Positions 1-9,476 of a stretch of 64,000 bases of DNA are shown one piece after another. The notes beneath the pieces are model-generated. The model was not told where the DNA came from. It saw only the letters and a list, made by a program, of their open reading frames with translations, and ran no database searches. The DNA is taken from IMG/VR virus record IMGVR_UViG_3300033145_002040; one strand, written 5' to 3'. The position numbers and the translations under genes are program-made. Within the stretch, counting starts at the first letter, position 1. Every line of letters begins with the position of its first letter. This DNA comes from an uncultured virus (IMG/VR IMGVR_UViG_3300033145_002040) (lineage: Duplodnaviria > Heunggongvirae > Uroviricota > Caudoviricetes).

Positions 1-1040
1 AAACATATAAAGAAAAAGTAATCGACCCTTTAAGTAAAGGTATGTATTCTGGAATTGAAACATATAAAGAAAAAGTAATCGACCCTTTAAGTAAAGGTAT
101 GTATTCTGGAATTGGAACATATAAAGAAAAAGTAATCGACCCTTTAAGTAACGTTATGTATTCTGGAGCTGAAACATATAAAGAAAAAGTAATCGACCCT
201 TTAAGTAAAGGTATGTATATTGGAGCTGAAACATATAAAGAAAAAGTAATCGACCCTTTAAGTAACGTTATGTATTCTGGAATTGGAACATATAAAGAAA
301 AAGTAATCGACCCTTTAAGTAACGTTATGTATTCTGGAATTGAAACATATAAAGAAAAAGTAATTGATCCTTTAAGTAAAGGTATGTATTCTGGAATTGA
401 AACATATAAAGAAAAAGTAATCGACTCTTTAAGTAAAGGTATGTATTCTGGAATTGGAACATATAAAGAAAAAGTAATTGATCCTTTAAGTAACGTTCTG
501 TATTCTGGAATTGGAACATATAAAGAAAAAGTAATCGACCCTTTAAGTAATGTTATGTATTCTGGAATTGGAACATATAAAGAAAAAGTAATCGACCCTT
601 TAAGTAACGTTATGTATTCTGGAATTGAAACATATAAAGAAAAAGTAATTGATCCTTTAAGTAATGTTATGTATTCTGGAATTGAAACATATAAAGAAAA
701 AGTAATCGACCCTTTAAGTAAAGGTATGTATTCTGGAATTGGAACATATAAAGAAAAAGTAATCGATCCTTTAAGTAAAGGTATGTATTCTGGGATTGAA
801 ACATATAAAGAAAAAGTAATCGACCCTTTAAGTAACGTTATGTATTCTGGAATTAAAACATATAAAGAAAAAGTAATCGACCCTTTAAGTAACGTTATGT
901 ATTCTGGAATTAAAACATATAAAGAAAAAGTAATTGATCCTTTAAGTAACGTTATGTATTCTGGAATTGAAACATATAAAGAAAAAGTAATTGATCCTTT
1001 AAGTAACGTTCTGTATTCTGGGGATGAAATATACAAAGAA
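1..1040 (+). repeat. 57-bp coding tandem repeat (MYSGI[E/G/K]TYKEKVIDPLS[KG/NV]): 17 full units, a partial 5' unit and a degenerate last unit
   Basis: Unit starts at 42, 99 ... 1011 (57-bp period). Confidence 0.97.
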
Positions 1041-3668
1041 GTCAAAGAAGCAGTAGCTGGGGTAACAACTAAGCCTTTTGCTTCTGGATTTGGAACAGGG
1101 ATGGCTATAGTAGAAGAAACAACTGGGAAAGATTTACCTACGACATTAGAAGAAGCCAGAATACATACTAGAGAAAGTACAGAATTTTTAATAGATAGAG
1201 GTGCACCTGAATATGTTGCGAAAACTGGTGGATTTATTTCTGGAGCAGGTATAGGAATAACTGAAGATGTTATTGAAGACCCACTTAAGCAAGTAGCTTT
1301 AGTTGGAATTGGAGCTGGTATTGGGTTAGGTGTTGAGGCTGCAGGAGCTGGTGCGACTTGGCTAGGAAGTGCAGCGGCTGGGGTTAGGGGAGCAAAGATT
1401 GCTGGAGCAGCTATAGATATTAGTGTTCCCGTTATAGGAGCTGGGCTTACTGGGGAATATGGATATGAAATTTATAAAGATGTAAAGACAGCTAAGGATT
1501 ATCTTGAGGCTGGAGAGAAAGTGGGAGTTGCTGTAAAGGAAGTATCTCTTTTGGGCGTTGGTGGTATCGGAGCAGTCCGTGGATCTAGATATGCTAGAGA
1601 AGTTATCCCTAAAATTTATCAATCAGAATATCTTAAAGTTCCTGTTGAAAAAATAATAAAAATCTCTCCTGAGAAAAAAATAGTAACGAAAGAAGTCCCT
1701 AGATTCGGAGTTCAAGAAAGATCTAGAGTAGATTATAGTACTGAAAATTTTGGTACTAAATATTTTAAAGGTAAAGGTATCAAGAAAGGTGCAACAGAAG
1801 TTTCTGCAGAAATTCCGACAGGAAGATCCTTTGGGGAAGTAGAGGAAACTGTAATAGGTAATTTTTTTGGATCAAAGCCACAAAAGACTTATAAAGGAAA
1901 GGTGGTGTTTGAAAAAGGGGTACAGACAGAAACTATAAATTATCCTAATGGTATAAAAAAAGTTACTCAGACATTTCCAACTGGGGATAGTGTAGTAAAA
2001 ACATTTAAGAATGGTAAATTAATTAGAGAAATTGAGATACCTAAGGTTGAGGCTGCTCCTATTAAAACAAAAAAAATGAAGAGTAAATATGAAGAAGAAA
2101 AGATGTTTGGAGAAGGCGGAGAATTTAAATATATAAAAATAAGTGCTGGGGATATTGTGGGAGTAAAAGATACAAAATTAACCCAAGATTTATCAACAGG
2201 TGCGGTTAAAGTAAAAAGAACTGGTACTTTAGAATATGGCGAAGATATAAGTAAAGGGATTAGCCAAAGGGTTGAAACTGCACAGGAGTTTATTGATATA
2301 TTGAGGGCTACTCCAGAAAAAAGAATCGAGTCACTTAAGTCCTCCGGCGAAGCAATCGTAAGTAAAAAGGAGATAGGCAAAAAAATAGTTTATAGTGAGC
2401 CTGGTAAAATTTTGTCTTCAAAAGATACATCATTTTTTAAGAAAGGTGGAGATGTAGAATATCTTCAAAAAGTAATTTCTCCAGAAGTTCAAAGAGCTGT
2501 AGCCAGTAGGACTAAGCAAGTAGCTACATTTATTTATAAAAAACCAGAAGTAGGGACTTCTAAAATTTCAAGAAAGGTTCCAGTAGATAGTACACCGATA
2601 ATAATTTCTGAAAAAATTCCAACCTTAGCTGAGGTATCAGATAAATCTTTATCTGAAGGTGTAGATGCATCTGGCAAGTTGTTGCTTAAAACTAAAGATA
2701 AATTGAAAGATGTAATATATGTGGAGAGACCAGAGACATTTTTTGAACCAAGCACCGTGGCTCCTATCCCAGAAATAAAATTAGTTACAGAATATGGAAG
2801 AAAATCTAGTATTACCGGTTTCAACATTAAGACTGCTATCGCTCCGTTATTGTTTTTAAATAAAAAAGCAGAAAAAGTTAAGTTAGATAAAGGCAAAGTT
2901 GATAGGAAAGTAATTATGAAGGGAGTTTCTCCTCAGGTAACAAGTTTTGAAAAATTCTCTATAGCTTCGACGGTAACTGCTCAAACACCTTTAAAAGAAA
3001 AGAAAACAAGATTTGCTCAAGTATTCGTTAAACCTAATCTTTCTAAGGAGATTACATTACGTAAACAAGATTTAGCTAAAGTTAAGGTTACCGAGTCAGC
3101 TCAGAAGCCAGTTATGGATAATTTATTAAAGCCAAAAGTAGAATTAACTTCTAAGGTTGTAACGGTATCTAAACCAAGCCCAGAGCCAAAACCAAAGCCA
3201 AAAGAACCAAAGTCAAAAGAACCTATAAAATTTGTCCCAATTAAACCTTTATCTAGCAAAAGAAAAGTTAAGAGAATACCTGAAGCTATTAGGAGACCAA
3301 AAGTGAAACAAGGATATGAAGTAGAAGTTAAGAGAAAAGGTAAATGGGTAGATGTAACTTCATTTGCACTATCAGAAGGAGAGGCATTGGCTCTTGGGAG
3401 AAAGGAAACAAAGGCTGGAGCAGAAGTATCATTTAGATTAAAGAAAGGAAATGGAATTGGTGGGACGCTTAATTTGGCACCTATAACTAGAGCTGAGCTT
3501 AAGGATGAATATCGTGGAAGGATAGTAAAGGGGAAGGAAGTTAAAAAGCCAAATACCTTTATCCAAAAAAGAAAGGCAAGAATATCTACCAAGGGAGAGT
3601 TCTTAGCTATTACGGCTAAAGGTATTAAAAAAAGAAAAGCTAAATCAAAGAAAGTCACATGGGTCTAA
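3..3668 (+). CDS. Large tandem-repeat protein, 5' end outside the window; possible virion/ejection or tape-measure-like protein
   Basis: Frame open from the window edge; 19-aa repeats, then a Gly/Ala-rich hydrophobic segment (ALVGIGAGIGLGVEAAGAGATWLG), then a Lys-rich C-terminus. Confidence 0.75.
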   Translation, partial: TYKEKVIDPLSKGMYSGIETYKEKVIDPLSKGMYSGIGTYKEKVIDPLSNVMYSGAETYKEKVIDPLSKGMYIGAETYKEKVIDPLSNVMYSGIGTYKEKVIDPLSNVMYSGIETYKEKVIDPLSKGMYSGIETYKEKVIDSLSKGMYSGIGTYKEKVIDPLSNVLYSGIGTYKEKVIDPLSNVMYSGIGTYKEKVIDPLSNVMYSGIETYKEKVIDPLSNVMYSGIETYKEKVIDPLSKGMYSGIGTYKEKVIDPLSKGMYSGIETYKEKVIDPLSNVMYSGIKTYKEKVIDPLSNVMYSGIKTYKEKVIDPLSNVMYSGIETYKEKVIDPLSNVLYSGDEIYKEVKEAVAGVTTKPFASGFGTGMAIVEETTGKDLPTTLEEARIHTRESTEFLIDRGAPEYVAKTGGFISGAGIGITEDVIEDPLKQVALVGIGAGIGLGVEAAGAGATWLGSAAAGVRGAKIAGAAIDISVPVIGAGLTGEYGYEIYKDVKTAKDYLEAGEKVGVAVKEVSLLGVGGIGAVRGSRYAREVIPKIYQSEYLKVPVEKIIKISPEKKIVTKEVPRFGVQERSRVDYSTENFGTKYFKGKGIKKGATEVSAEIPTGRSFGEVEETVIGNFFGSKPQKTYKGKVVFEKGVQTETINYPNGIKKVTQTFPTGDSVVKTFKNGKLIREIEIPKVEAAPIKTKKMKSKYEEEKMFGEGGEFKYIKISAGDIVGVKDTKLTQDLSTGAVKVKRTGTLEYGEDISKGISQRVETAQEFIDILRATPEKRIESLKSSGEAIVSKKEIGKKIVYSEPGKILSSKDTSFFKKGGDVEYLQKVISPEVQRAVASRTKQVATFIYKKPEVGTSKISRKVPVDSTPIIISEKIPTLAEVSDKSLSEGVDASGKLLLKTKDKLKDVIYVERPETFFEPSTVAPIPEIKLVTEYGRKSSITGFNIKTAIAPLLFLNKKAEKVKLDKGKVDRKVIMKGVSPQVTSFEKFSIASTVTAQTPLKEKKTRFAQVFVKPNLSKEITLRKQDLAKVKVTESAQKPVMDNLLKPKVELTSKVVTVSKPSPEPKPKPKEPKSKEPIKFVPIKPLSSKRKVKRIPEAIRRPKVKQGYEVEVKRKGKWVDVTSFALSEGEALALGRKETKAGAEVSFRLKKGNGIGGTLNLAPITRAELKDEYRGRIVKGKEVKKPNTFIQKRKARISTKGEFLAITAKGIKKRKAKSKKVTWV

Positions 3669-3765
3669 TTTCGTACTCTAATATTCGTGGTCCTCAGCCA
3701 CAGATTCAGAGCCATTGCGTTGGACCTTCGGGTCCATCCTTTGGAGTTTCAGGAGACCAGATATA

Positions 3766-3927
3766 ATGCCATGCTCAATATATAAAGGATCGCAGCGTAG
3801 GTTATGCTTTGCTACTAAGGAATGGTTAGATTGGAGCGGGATTAAAGAAGTGGATTCAAAAATTCGAGCTAAGGTTATTAAAAAAGATAAATTGGAAAAG
3901 GGAGGTAAAATAAGAAATGGTAAATAG
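3766..3927 (+). CDS. Small basic hypothetical protein (MPCSIYKG...)
   Basis: ATG at 3766 more plausible than TTG at 3715; overlaps next gene. Confidence 0.45.
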   Translation: MPCSIYKGSQRRLCFATKEWLDWSGIKEVDSKIRAKVIKKDKLEKGGKIRNGK

Positions 3928-4156
3928 GAATAGATTAGGACCAGAAGGGAAAGGTCCAAGGACAGGAAGGGGATTTGGTAAATGTGAAGTAGTATCTTTG
4001 ACAAAGAAAAGGGAGATTAAAGATAATAGTTTTGACAATAATCTTAATGAGATAAATCCTAAGGGATATTATAGAATTGGGAATAAAGTTAAGGATGAGT
4101 ATGAAAAGAGAAAAGGACGATTTTATAAAGAAAAAAAAGATCTTTTTAAGATTTAA
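3917..4156 (+). CDS. Small basic protein, DUF5320-like N-terminus
   Basis: GPEGKGPRTGRGFGKC motif; GGAGG SD upstream. Confidence 0.55.
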   Translation: MVNRNRLGPEGKGPRTGRGFGKCEVVSLTKKREIKDNSFDNNLNEINPKGYYRIGNKVKDEYEKRKGRFYKEKKDLFKI

Positions 4157-4166
4157 ATAGAAAACA

Positions 4167-4201
4167 AACCCTTTTGTAAAGTCATCTATTACAAAAGGGT
4201 T
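4167..4201. repeat. 13-bp inverted repeat with 9-bp spacer (operator or terminator)
   Basis: AACCCTTTTGTAA-n9-TTACAAAAGGGTT. Confidence 0.6.
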
Positions 4202-4215
4202 ATAATAAAAATAAG

Positions 4216-4476
4216 ATGAAAAAGAAACTTAAAATGGAATGCAATAGAAAAAAAGAGTTAGCTTTAGGTGGGAAGATAGAAATGGAGCACGCATCTTTAT
4301 TCCCGAAGAAGCTACAGAAGAAGATGGCGAGAAAAATAGCTGAGCAACATATTTCTGAGTTTGAATGCTATTATACAAAAGGGCTTTTGCCTATGGAGAA
4401 AGGATTGAGAAAGTTAGAGAAAGGATTGGGTCTTAATAAGCTAGAGCTTAATAAGTTGGAACTTAAAAAAAGATAG
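4216..4476 (+). CDS. DUF5661-like viral protein
   Basis: G-x-K-I-EMEH ... ARKIAEQHISEFECYYT pattern. Confidence 0.6.
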   Translation: MKKKLKMECNRKKELALGGKIEMEHASLFPKKLQKKMARKIAEQHISEFECYYTKGLLPMEKGLRKLEKGLGLNKLELNKLELKKR

Positions 4477-4565
4477 GAGTTTTATAGTGGAGTGGTCATA
4501 TCTATTAAAACTTCATATATAGGTTAGTAGTTTTGTACTATTGTGATAGTTCGCTAATCTCCACA

Positions 4566-4605
4566 ATTAACGCAATGTATTTAAATAGAAATCTACTAGT
4601 AATAT
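4566..4605 (+). promoter_or_regulatory. Class B (putative late) archaeal promoter, copy 1
   Basis: ATTAACGCAATGTATTTAAATAG...TACTAGTAATAT, repeated at 14495 and 15758. Confidence 0.75.
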
Positions 4606-4673
4606 TATGATTAAGAGAAAAATAGTAGTTACATCTAAAAATTATGATATTGAAAGGAGGAATAAAAAAACAT

Positions 4674-5036
4674 ATGTTAAATTATAATCGACGCGGTCAG
4701 ATGATGATGATTGGTATAATGATCTTAATTATGGCAGTCTTAATATTCATAGCGACATTGCCTGCACTCCAGTCTGTCATGGATAGTACAAGAGGCTGCT
4801 CAAATATGAATTGTGTAGGATATATCGATCCAGATGCTAGTGGTATCGGATGTTCTAGTACTAATCAAAGTTATGATCCAACTTTATCAGATAATGGGTT
4901 ATCATGTACTATCTTAGATCTTTTTCTGCCATTTCTAATATTGGGGATAATGATTGCTTTAATCACGAAATTGCTTCATGGAGGATTGGTAGATCCACCA
5001 CAGCCACAATATAGCCAATACCCAGGAGCATACTAA
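4674..5036 (+). CDS. Two-helix hairpin membrane protein with pilin-type leader (RRG/Q); capsid-protein-like
   Basis: GGAGG at 4656-4660; NRRGQ then hydrophobic helix, Cys-rich loop, second helix TILDLFLPFLILGIMIALI. Confidence 0.65.
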   Translation: MLNYNRRGQMMMIGIMILIMAVLIFIATLPALQSVMDSTRGCSNMNCVGYIDPDASGIGCSSTNQSYDPTLSDNGLSCTILDLFLPFLILGIMIALITKLLHGGLVDPPQPQYSQYPGAY

Positions 5037-5048
5037 TTTTAGATAAAG

Positions 5049-8000
5049 ATGGCAAGTATGAAATCTTTATCTATATTAGTTATACTAACGTTTCTCTTAG
5101 TAGCGCCATTAACGGCAGCTATGAACATAGATAATAAAAAAAGCTCTATAGACACCGATGGCTTAAGTTTTAGAGTAGGAGAAAAAGAGTTAGAATATAA
5201 TACTATCTGGGATGAGTATAAACCACTTGAGGTTAAGAATCTATTTGGTTTTGGGAAAACTCTTCTTAGAGGGGCTATAACAAGCCACACTGACGTTTGT
5301 GGCGACAACTGCAGTTCTACAATGCAGATTTATTTAGCTGAGGATTCTGTTTTAATTGATGACGTTACTTTTTATACCTTGCAATCTAATGAGTCATGGG
5401 TAGAGCAAGATGTTAGAAGTTATCAATTTTATATTAATGGGAATTCTTATACCTTAGGGACAGAAATGCCAGCTGGAACTTACGAGATTAGATTAGATGG
5501 AGAAAAGAAGCCATCTCGAACAGTTGATTGGGTTGTCGAAACTCAAGGGGAAGAGTTAAGGGAGTGGGCTGTTTGGGGGAATATTTCCAGTGGAGATGAT
5601 GCACAAGTAACTCTAAACTCTCCAGCGGATAACTACATCTCATTAACAAATGAAGTCACCTTCGATGCAACTGCGGAAGTGACAGGCGGAGCAGGAATAG
5701 TTAATATGAGTTTGTGGACTAATGAGAGTGGGAGTTGGGAGGTTACAGATACAGATAGTTTTTCTGGAACGTTATATAATCCAAATAGCAATACTGATAC
5801 ATCTAATACTTTTGATAAAGATTATGATACTTATGCTAGTAAATCATTTGGAAGTTCAGGTTATACTGACTCTCATAATAATGAATTAGGAAAGACATTT
5901 GATAGTAGAAAAATTGGGACTGTAAATTACAAATCTCAATTTAATTACGGTTTATCTCCTGATTGGACATCAATCGTAATAACATTACAATCTTATGATG
6001 GAACAGCATGGAATATTGAAGCTACAAATTCAAATAGTGCAGGTACTATATCTACGCTTCTTGTAAATAGAAGCGTAGTTTTAAATAAATATGTTGAGGG
6101 GTTAAAGATAAGAACAGTAGTTTCATATAGTGGAGATAATTCTTTCACAGGATTCACGTCTACATTCAAAACATATGAACTAGATTATAATATTTTAGAA
6201 GTGAATTATACACACTCAGAAACAATTTCAAATAATACAACCCTCTGGAACGTCCAAGCCTGTGATTCAGACGGAGACTGCGGATTCGCACCATCCAACT
6301 ACACATTATTATTAGACACAGTGCCACCAACAATAAATATAACCTACCCAGTCGGTACAATTGATTACGCATATCTAGGACAAAACATATCTTTCAACTG
6401 GACGGTATCAGATATAAATCTGGAACAATGTTGGTATAACTACAATAATACAAATACATCTGTAACTTGCACCGATCAAAATACATCTTTTATTTTAACT
6501 AACCAAAAGAATATAACATTTTATGTGAATGATAGCGTTGCTAATAAAGCTAATTTTACACGGAGCTGGGACTACAAAATATTTAGTAATTCAGAAACAT
6601 GCAACTTAACAACATATGAAACTGCACGTGAAGGATTTAAACTTAATTTAACTTCAGATGGAACTAAAACTGTTTTAGCAAGTTTAGTTTATGATGGAAC
6701 AGCATATGCTTCTACAAAGGTTGGTAATAATTCTGAGATGGAATTTAATAAAAACTTTATTATGTCAGAAGTAGATATAGCTACAGCTCAAAATAGATCA
6801 TTCTACTGGAATGTTACATATGGAAGTGAAGTAATACCGACTAAAACTAAAAATCAATCAGTAAGTAGAATTGCACTTGGACTGTGTAATGCGACATTAA
6901 TTTATCCTTACATAACTTTTATATTTGAAGATGAAGAAACAACCTTAGCGACTAATGCCTCAATTGATACTTCTACTTGGACTTACTACTTAGGAGACGG
7001 AACTGTTAATAAGACGCTGAGATATTCAACAACATCTTCAGCTGAATCTTATGGGTTTTGTTTTACTCCTTCAGATAGAATAATAACTAACTCATTAGAA
7101 CTTCAGTACTCAGATACTGGATATCCGCAAAGAAGGTGGTCTACTTCAGGGAGTCTAACCAATACCACTTCAACTCCGACTCTTTATATGCTATCATCTG
7201 CAGATGGGACATACTCAGTTTACCAAGTACAGAACACTGTTGGGAGCGGGATAGAGGGGGTTGAGGTTATAGCTGAAAGACAATTTGCTGGAGAGTGGGC
7301 ATTAGTTGAACAGGGTGTAACTGATTCTTCAGGTGGGTTTACTGGATGGCTAGACCCGGACTATGATCATAGAATGACATTTACAAAAGAGGGATATACT
7401 ACTCAGCAAGTTACGGTCAGGCCTTCCTCTTCAACTTATACTGTAGTAATGAGTTCTGGTGAAGCTGAAGCCACTTATAATTCTAGTAGAGAAGGTTTGT
7501 CATGGACAGTTTATCCGGATTTAGGGAAAGTCCTTTTCCCAAATACAACACAAATGTTTTTATTTAATATAACCGCAAATTTAAGCAATATAGTTTCATG
7601 TAAGATGGAAGTTATCAATAACAATTCTGTTTCTATGGGTACAACAATTGGGTGCGATTCTAAAGGTGGCAACTTATCTTTATCTATTCCACTTGGAAAG
7701 AACAGAAGCACAAGGGCAATTTATTCTGTTGATATAGGAGAAGGATATTTCATACTTGATGCAGATGCATATTGGGGTATTATTGACATGAATATTCCGG
7801 AAAGGGGGACATTAGTTGCTTTCTTTAAGCATGCTAGAGAACTTAATCAGTTTGGTAATGACGACAATAGACAAGAATATTCTAGAATTGTATTTTTCTT
7901 TCTTATGCTCTCTATTATTATGGGATATATAAGTTATAATACTGGATGGGATTTTTCGACAGCAGGCGGGTCTATGTGCTTTATGACATTTCTGATTATC

Positions 8001-8135
8001 TTCGCTTCTTATGGAGGGTTCCTAACAATTAGCTATACAGGTGCCAATAACTGGCTTGATCAATATGTTGTTGCATTGATAACATCATTAATAACTGGTG
8101 GATATATATTAAATGGATTTGCGAGGGAAGCTTAA
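5049..8135 (+). CDS. Large surface glycoprotein/adhesin: signal peptide, beta-rich Ig-like regions, three C-terminal TM helices
   Basis: N-terminal signal, many N-x-S/T sequons, DTVPPTINITYP Ig-type repeat start, three hydrophobic segments at the C-terminus. Confidence 0.75.
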   Translation: MASMKSLSILVILTFLLVAPLTAAMNIDNKKSSIDTDGLSFRVGEKELEYNTIWDEYKPLEVKNLFGFGKTLLRGAITSHTDVCGDNCSSTMQIYLAEDSVLIDDVTFYTLQSNESWVEQDVRSYQFYINGNSYTLGTEMPAGTYEIRLDGEKKPSRTVDWVVETQGEELREWAVWGNISSGDDAQVTLNSPADNYISLTNEVTFDATAEVTGGAGIVNMSLWTNESGSWEVTDTDSFSGTLYNPNSNTDTSNTFDKDYDTYASKSFGSSGYTDSHNNELGKTFDSRKIGTVNYKSQFNYGLSPDWTSIVITLQSYDGTAWNIEATNSNSAGTISTLLVNRSVVLNKYVEGLKIRTVVSYSGDNSFTGFTSTFKTYELDYNILEVNYTHSETISNNTTLWNVQACDSDGDCGFAPSNYTLLLDTVPPTINITYPVGTIDYAYLGQNISFNWTVSDINLEQCWYNYNNTNTSVTCTDQNTSFILTNQKNITFYVNDSVANKANFTRSWDYKIFSNSETCNLTTYETAREGFKLNLTSDGTKTVLASLVYDGTAYASTKVGNNSEMEFNKNFIMSEVDIATAQNRSFYWNVTYGSEVIPTKTKNQSVSRIALGLCNATLIYPYITFIFEDEETTLATNASIDTSTWTYYLGDGTVNKTLRYSTTSSAESYGFCFTPSDRIITNSLELQYSDTGYPQRRWSTSGSLTNTTSTPTLYMLSSADGTYSVYQVQNTVGSGIEGVEVIAERQFAGEWALVEQGVTDSSGGFTGWLDPDYDHRMTFTKEGYTTQQVTVRPSSSTYTVVMSSGEAEATYNSSREGLSWTVYPDLGKVLFPNTTQMFLFNITANLSNIVSCKMEVINNNSVSMGTTIGCDSKGGNLSLSIPLGKNRSTRAIYSVDIGEGYFILDADAYWGIIDMNIPERGTLVAFFKHARELNQFGNDDNRQEYSRIVFFFLMLSIIMGYISYNTGWDFSTAGGSMCFMTFLIIFASYGGFLTISYTGANNWLDQYVVALITSLITGGYILNGFAREA

Positions 8136-8141
8136 TAAAAA

Positions 8142-8546
8142 ATGGGAAAATTATTATCAATGCTACTATTAATAGTTGCTATTAATTTATCTATAGTAAT
8201 TTTTGTAGGTGCTGATCCACCAGGTTCTAGTTTATGGACATTGATTACTAATCCACAGGATTGGGGTAGCTTATCATTAATGAATTTAATGACTGATGCG
8301 ATAGCTTTATCTGCAGTTGCAGGAATCGTTGTTGGTTCATTTTGGACTAAATCAGATTTCTTGGTATATGCAGGTATAACTGGAGTGTTCTTAAGTTTCG
8401 GGGTATCCTTTGCAGAATTATATAACAGTTTTAATCAATGGGAAGTTTTAGGAGAATCTAATTCTTACATAGCTCTAATCTTAGCTGCGCCGTTATTAAT
8501 TTCATATATTTATGTAATTTTGAAGTGGTGGAGAAATAACGACTGA
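8142..8546 (+). CDS. Small multi-pass membrane protein
   Basis: 3-4 hydrophobic segments; directly follows the adhesin. Confidence 0.75.
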   Translation: MGKLLSMLLLIVAINLSIVIFVGADPPGSSLWTLITNPQDWGSLSLMNLMTDAIALSAVAGIVVGSFWTKSDFLVYAGITGVFLSFGVSFAELYNSFNQWEVLGESNSYIALILAAPLLISYIYVILKWWRNND

Positions 8547-8609
8547 GAATAAAAATAAAATGGCAAATTATAATAAAAAACAAAAAAATAGAAAGGGGGA
8601 ATTGAATTA

Positions 8610-8879
8610 ATGGTAGTCGCTCCGTTCGACCTATTTTACTTGCTTGTAGAAAATGTATTCGGTAGTATATTCGTTTCAGGAATAGGCATTGCAGCAATCC
8701 TCTTTTTAATAGGAATGCTTTCTAAGATGTCAGCCCTTTTAAATTATATGATTGTGTTCTTATTCTTAATGACATTTAGCATAGGCTATGTAGGTGGATT
8801 TGCAACTATGATATTAGGATCATTCGCACTCTTTTATTTCTTTAGGGGATTAATAAATTTTGTGACCTCGGTGTCATAA
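8610..8879 (+). CDS. Small multi-pass membrane protein
   Basis: Almost entirely hydrophobic; purine-rich SD upstream. Confidence 0.75.
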   Translation: MVVAPFDLFYLLVENVFGSIFVSGIGIAAILFLIGMLSKMSALLNYMIVFLFLMTFSIGYVGGFATMILGSFALFYFFRGLINFVTSVS

Positions 8880-8918
8880 CGATGAAATTACAAAATACTA
8901 AAAGTACTGAGGTGAAAA

Positions 8919-9476
8919 ATGAATAATATTAAAACTTTATCAGCATTAAATAAAAAAGGGAATGTAATTATCTATGCCATCTTTTCCTTTATAGCATTAA
9001 TATTGTTTATCCTTTTATTTAATATTATACCAGATGTCTATGATGACTTAAGAACAGAATCAGATCATTCAGCTAGCGATTCTTTCTTAGCTACAGTTAC
9101 GGTTAATGAGACGTTGGCGCCCATAGGGGATGGGATTAGAACCATAGAAGTTACTGCTAAAAATAGTACTTGGTTGAATTTTGATGGAGTAAACGAATAT
9201 CTATTCATCCCAGATTATAATTATGTTTCAGTAGTATTCTGGGCAAATAATTCTGACAATGATTGGGTGATGATAACAAATTCTTCCGATTTAATATATG
9301 AGGGAAACACTACAGTTAGCAGCTTAACTATAAATCCATTCAAGAGGAACGCTACTGGGTGGTATTTCGGTATTAATGATTCTGGATTTTTTGGTGGCAA
9401 TATAGATACAATTAAATTTTACAATGATACCATGAACGGGACACAAGTATCGGAGCTTTTTGCGGATGGAAGATAA
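8919..9476 (+). CDS. Pilin-type-leader membrane protein ending in an incomplete LamG domain (N-half of a split capsid-like gene)
   Basis: NKKG/NVIIY helix; LNFDGVNEY ... FFGGNIDTIKFYN ... QVSELF. Confidence 0.7.
   Translation: MNNIKTLSALNKKGNVIIYAIFSFIALILFILLFNIIPDVYDDLRTESDHSASDSFLATVTVNETLAPIGDGIRTIEVTAKNSTWLNFDGVNEYLFIPDYNYVSVVFWANNSDNDWVMITNSSDLIYEGNTTVSSLTINPFKRNATGWYFGINDSGFFGGNIDTIKFYNDTMNGTQVSELFADGR

Noticed and set aside
1..1040. CRISPR array
   Set aside because: Units are contiguous 57-bp in-frame coding repeats with no unique spacers; no cas1/cas2 nearby
9460..9476. Programmed frameshift fusing the 185-aa and 1660-aa ORFs
   Set aside because: The downstream ORF has its own ATG and signal peptide; a split-by-insertion model fits better
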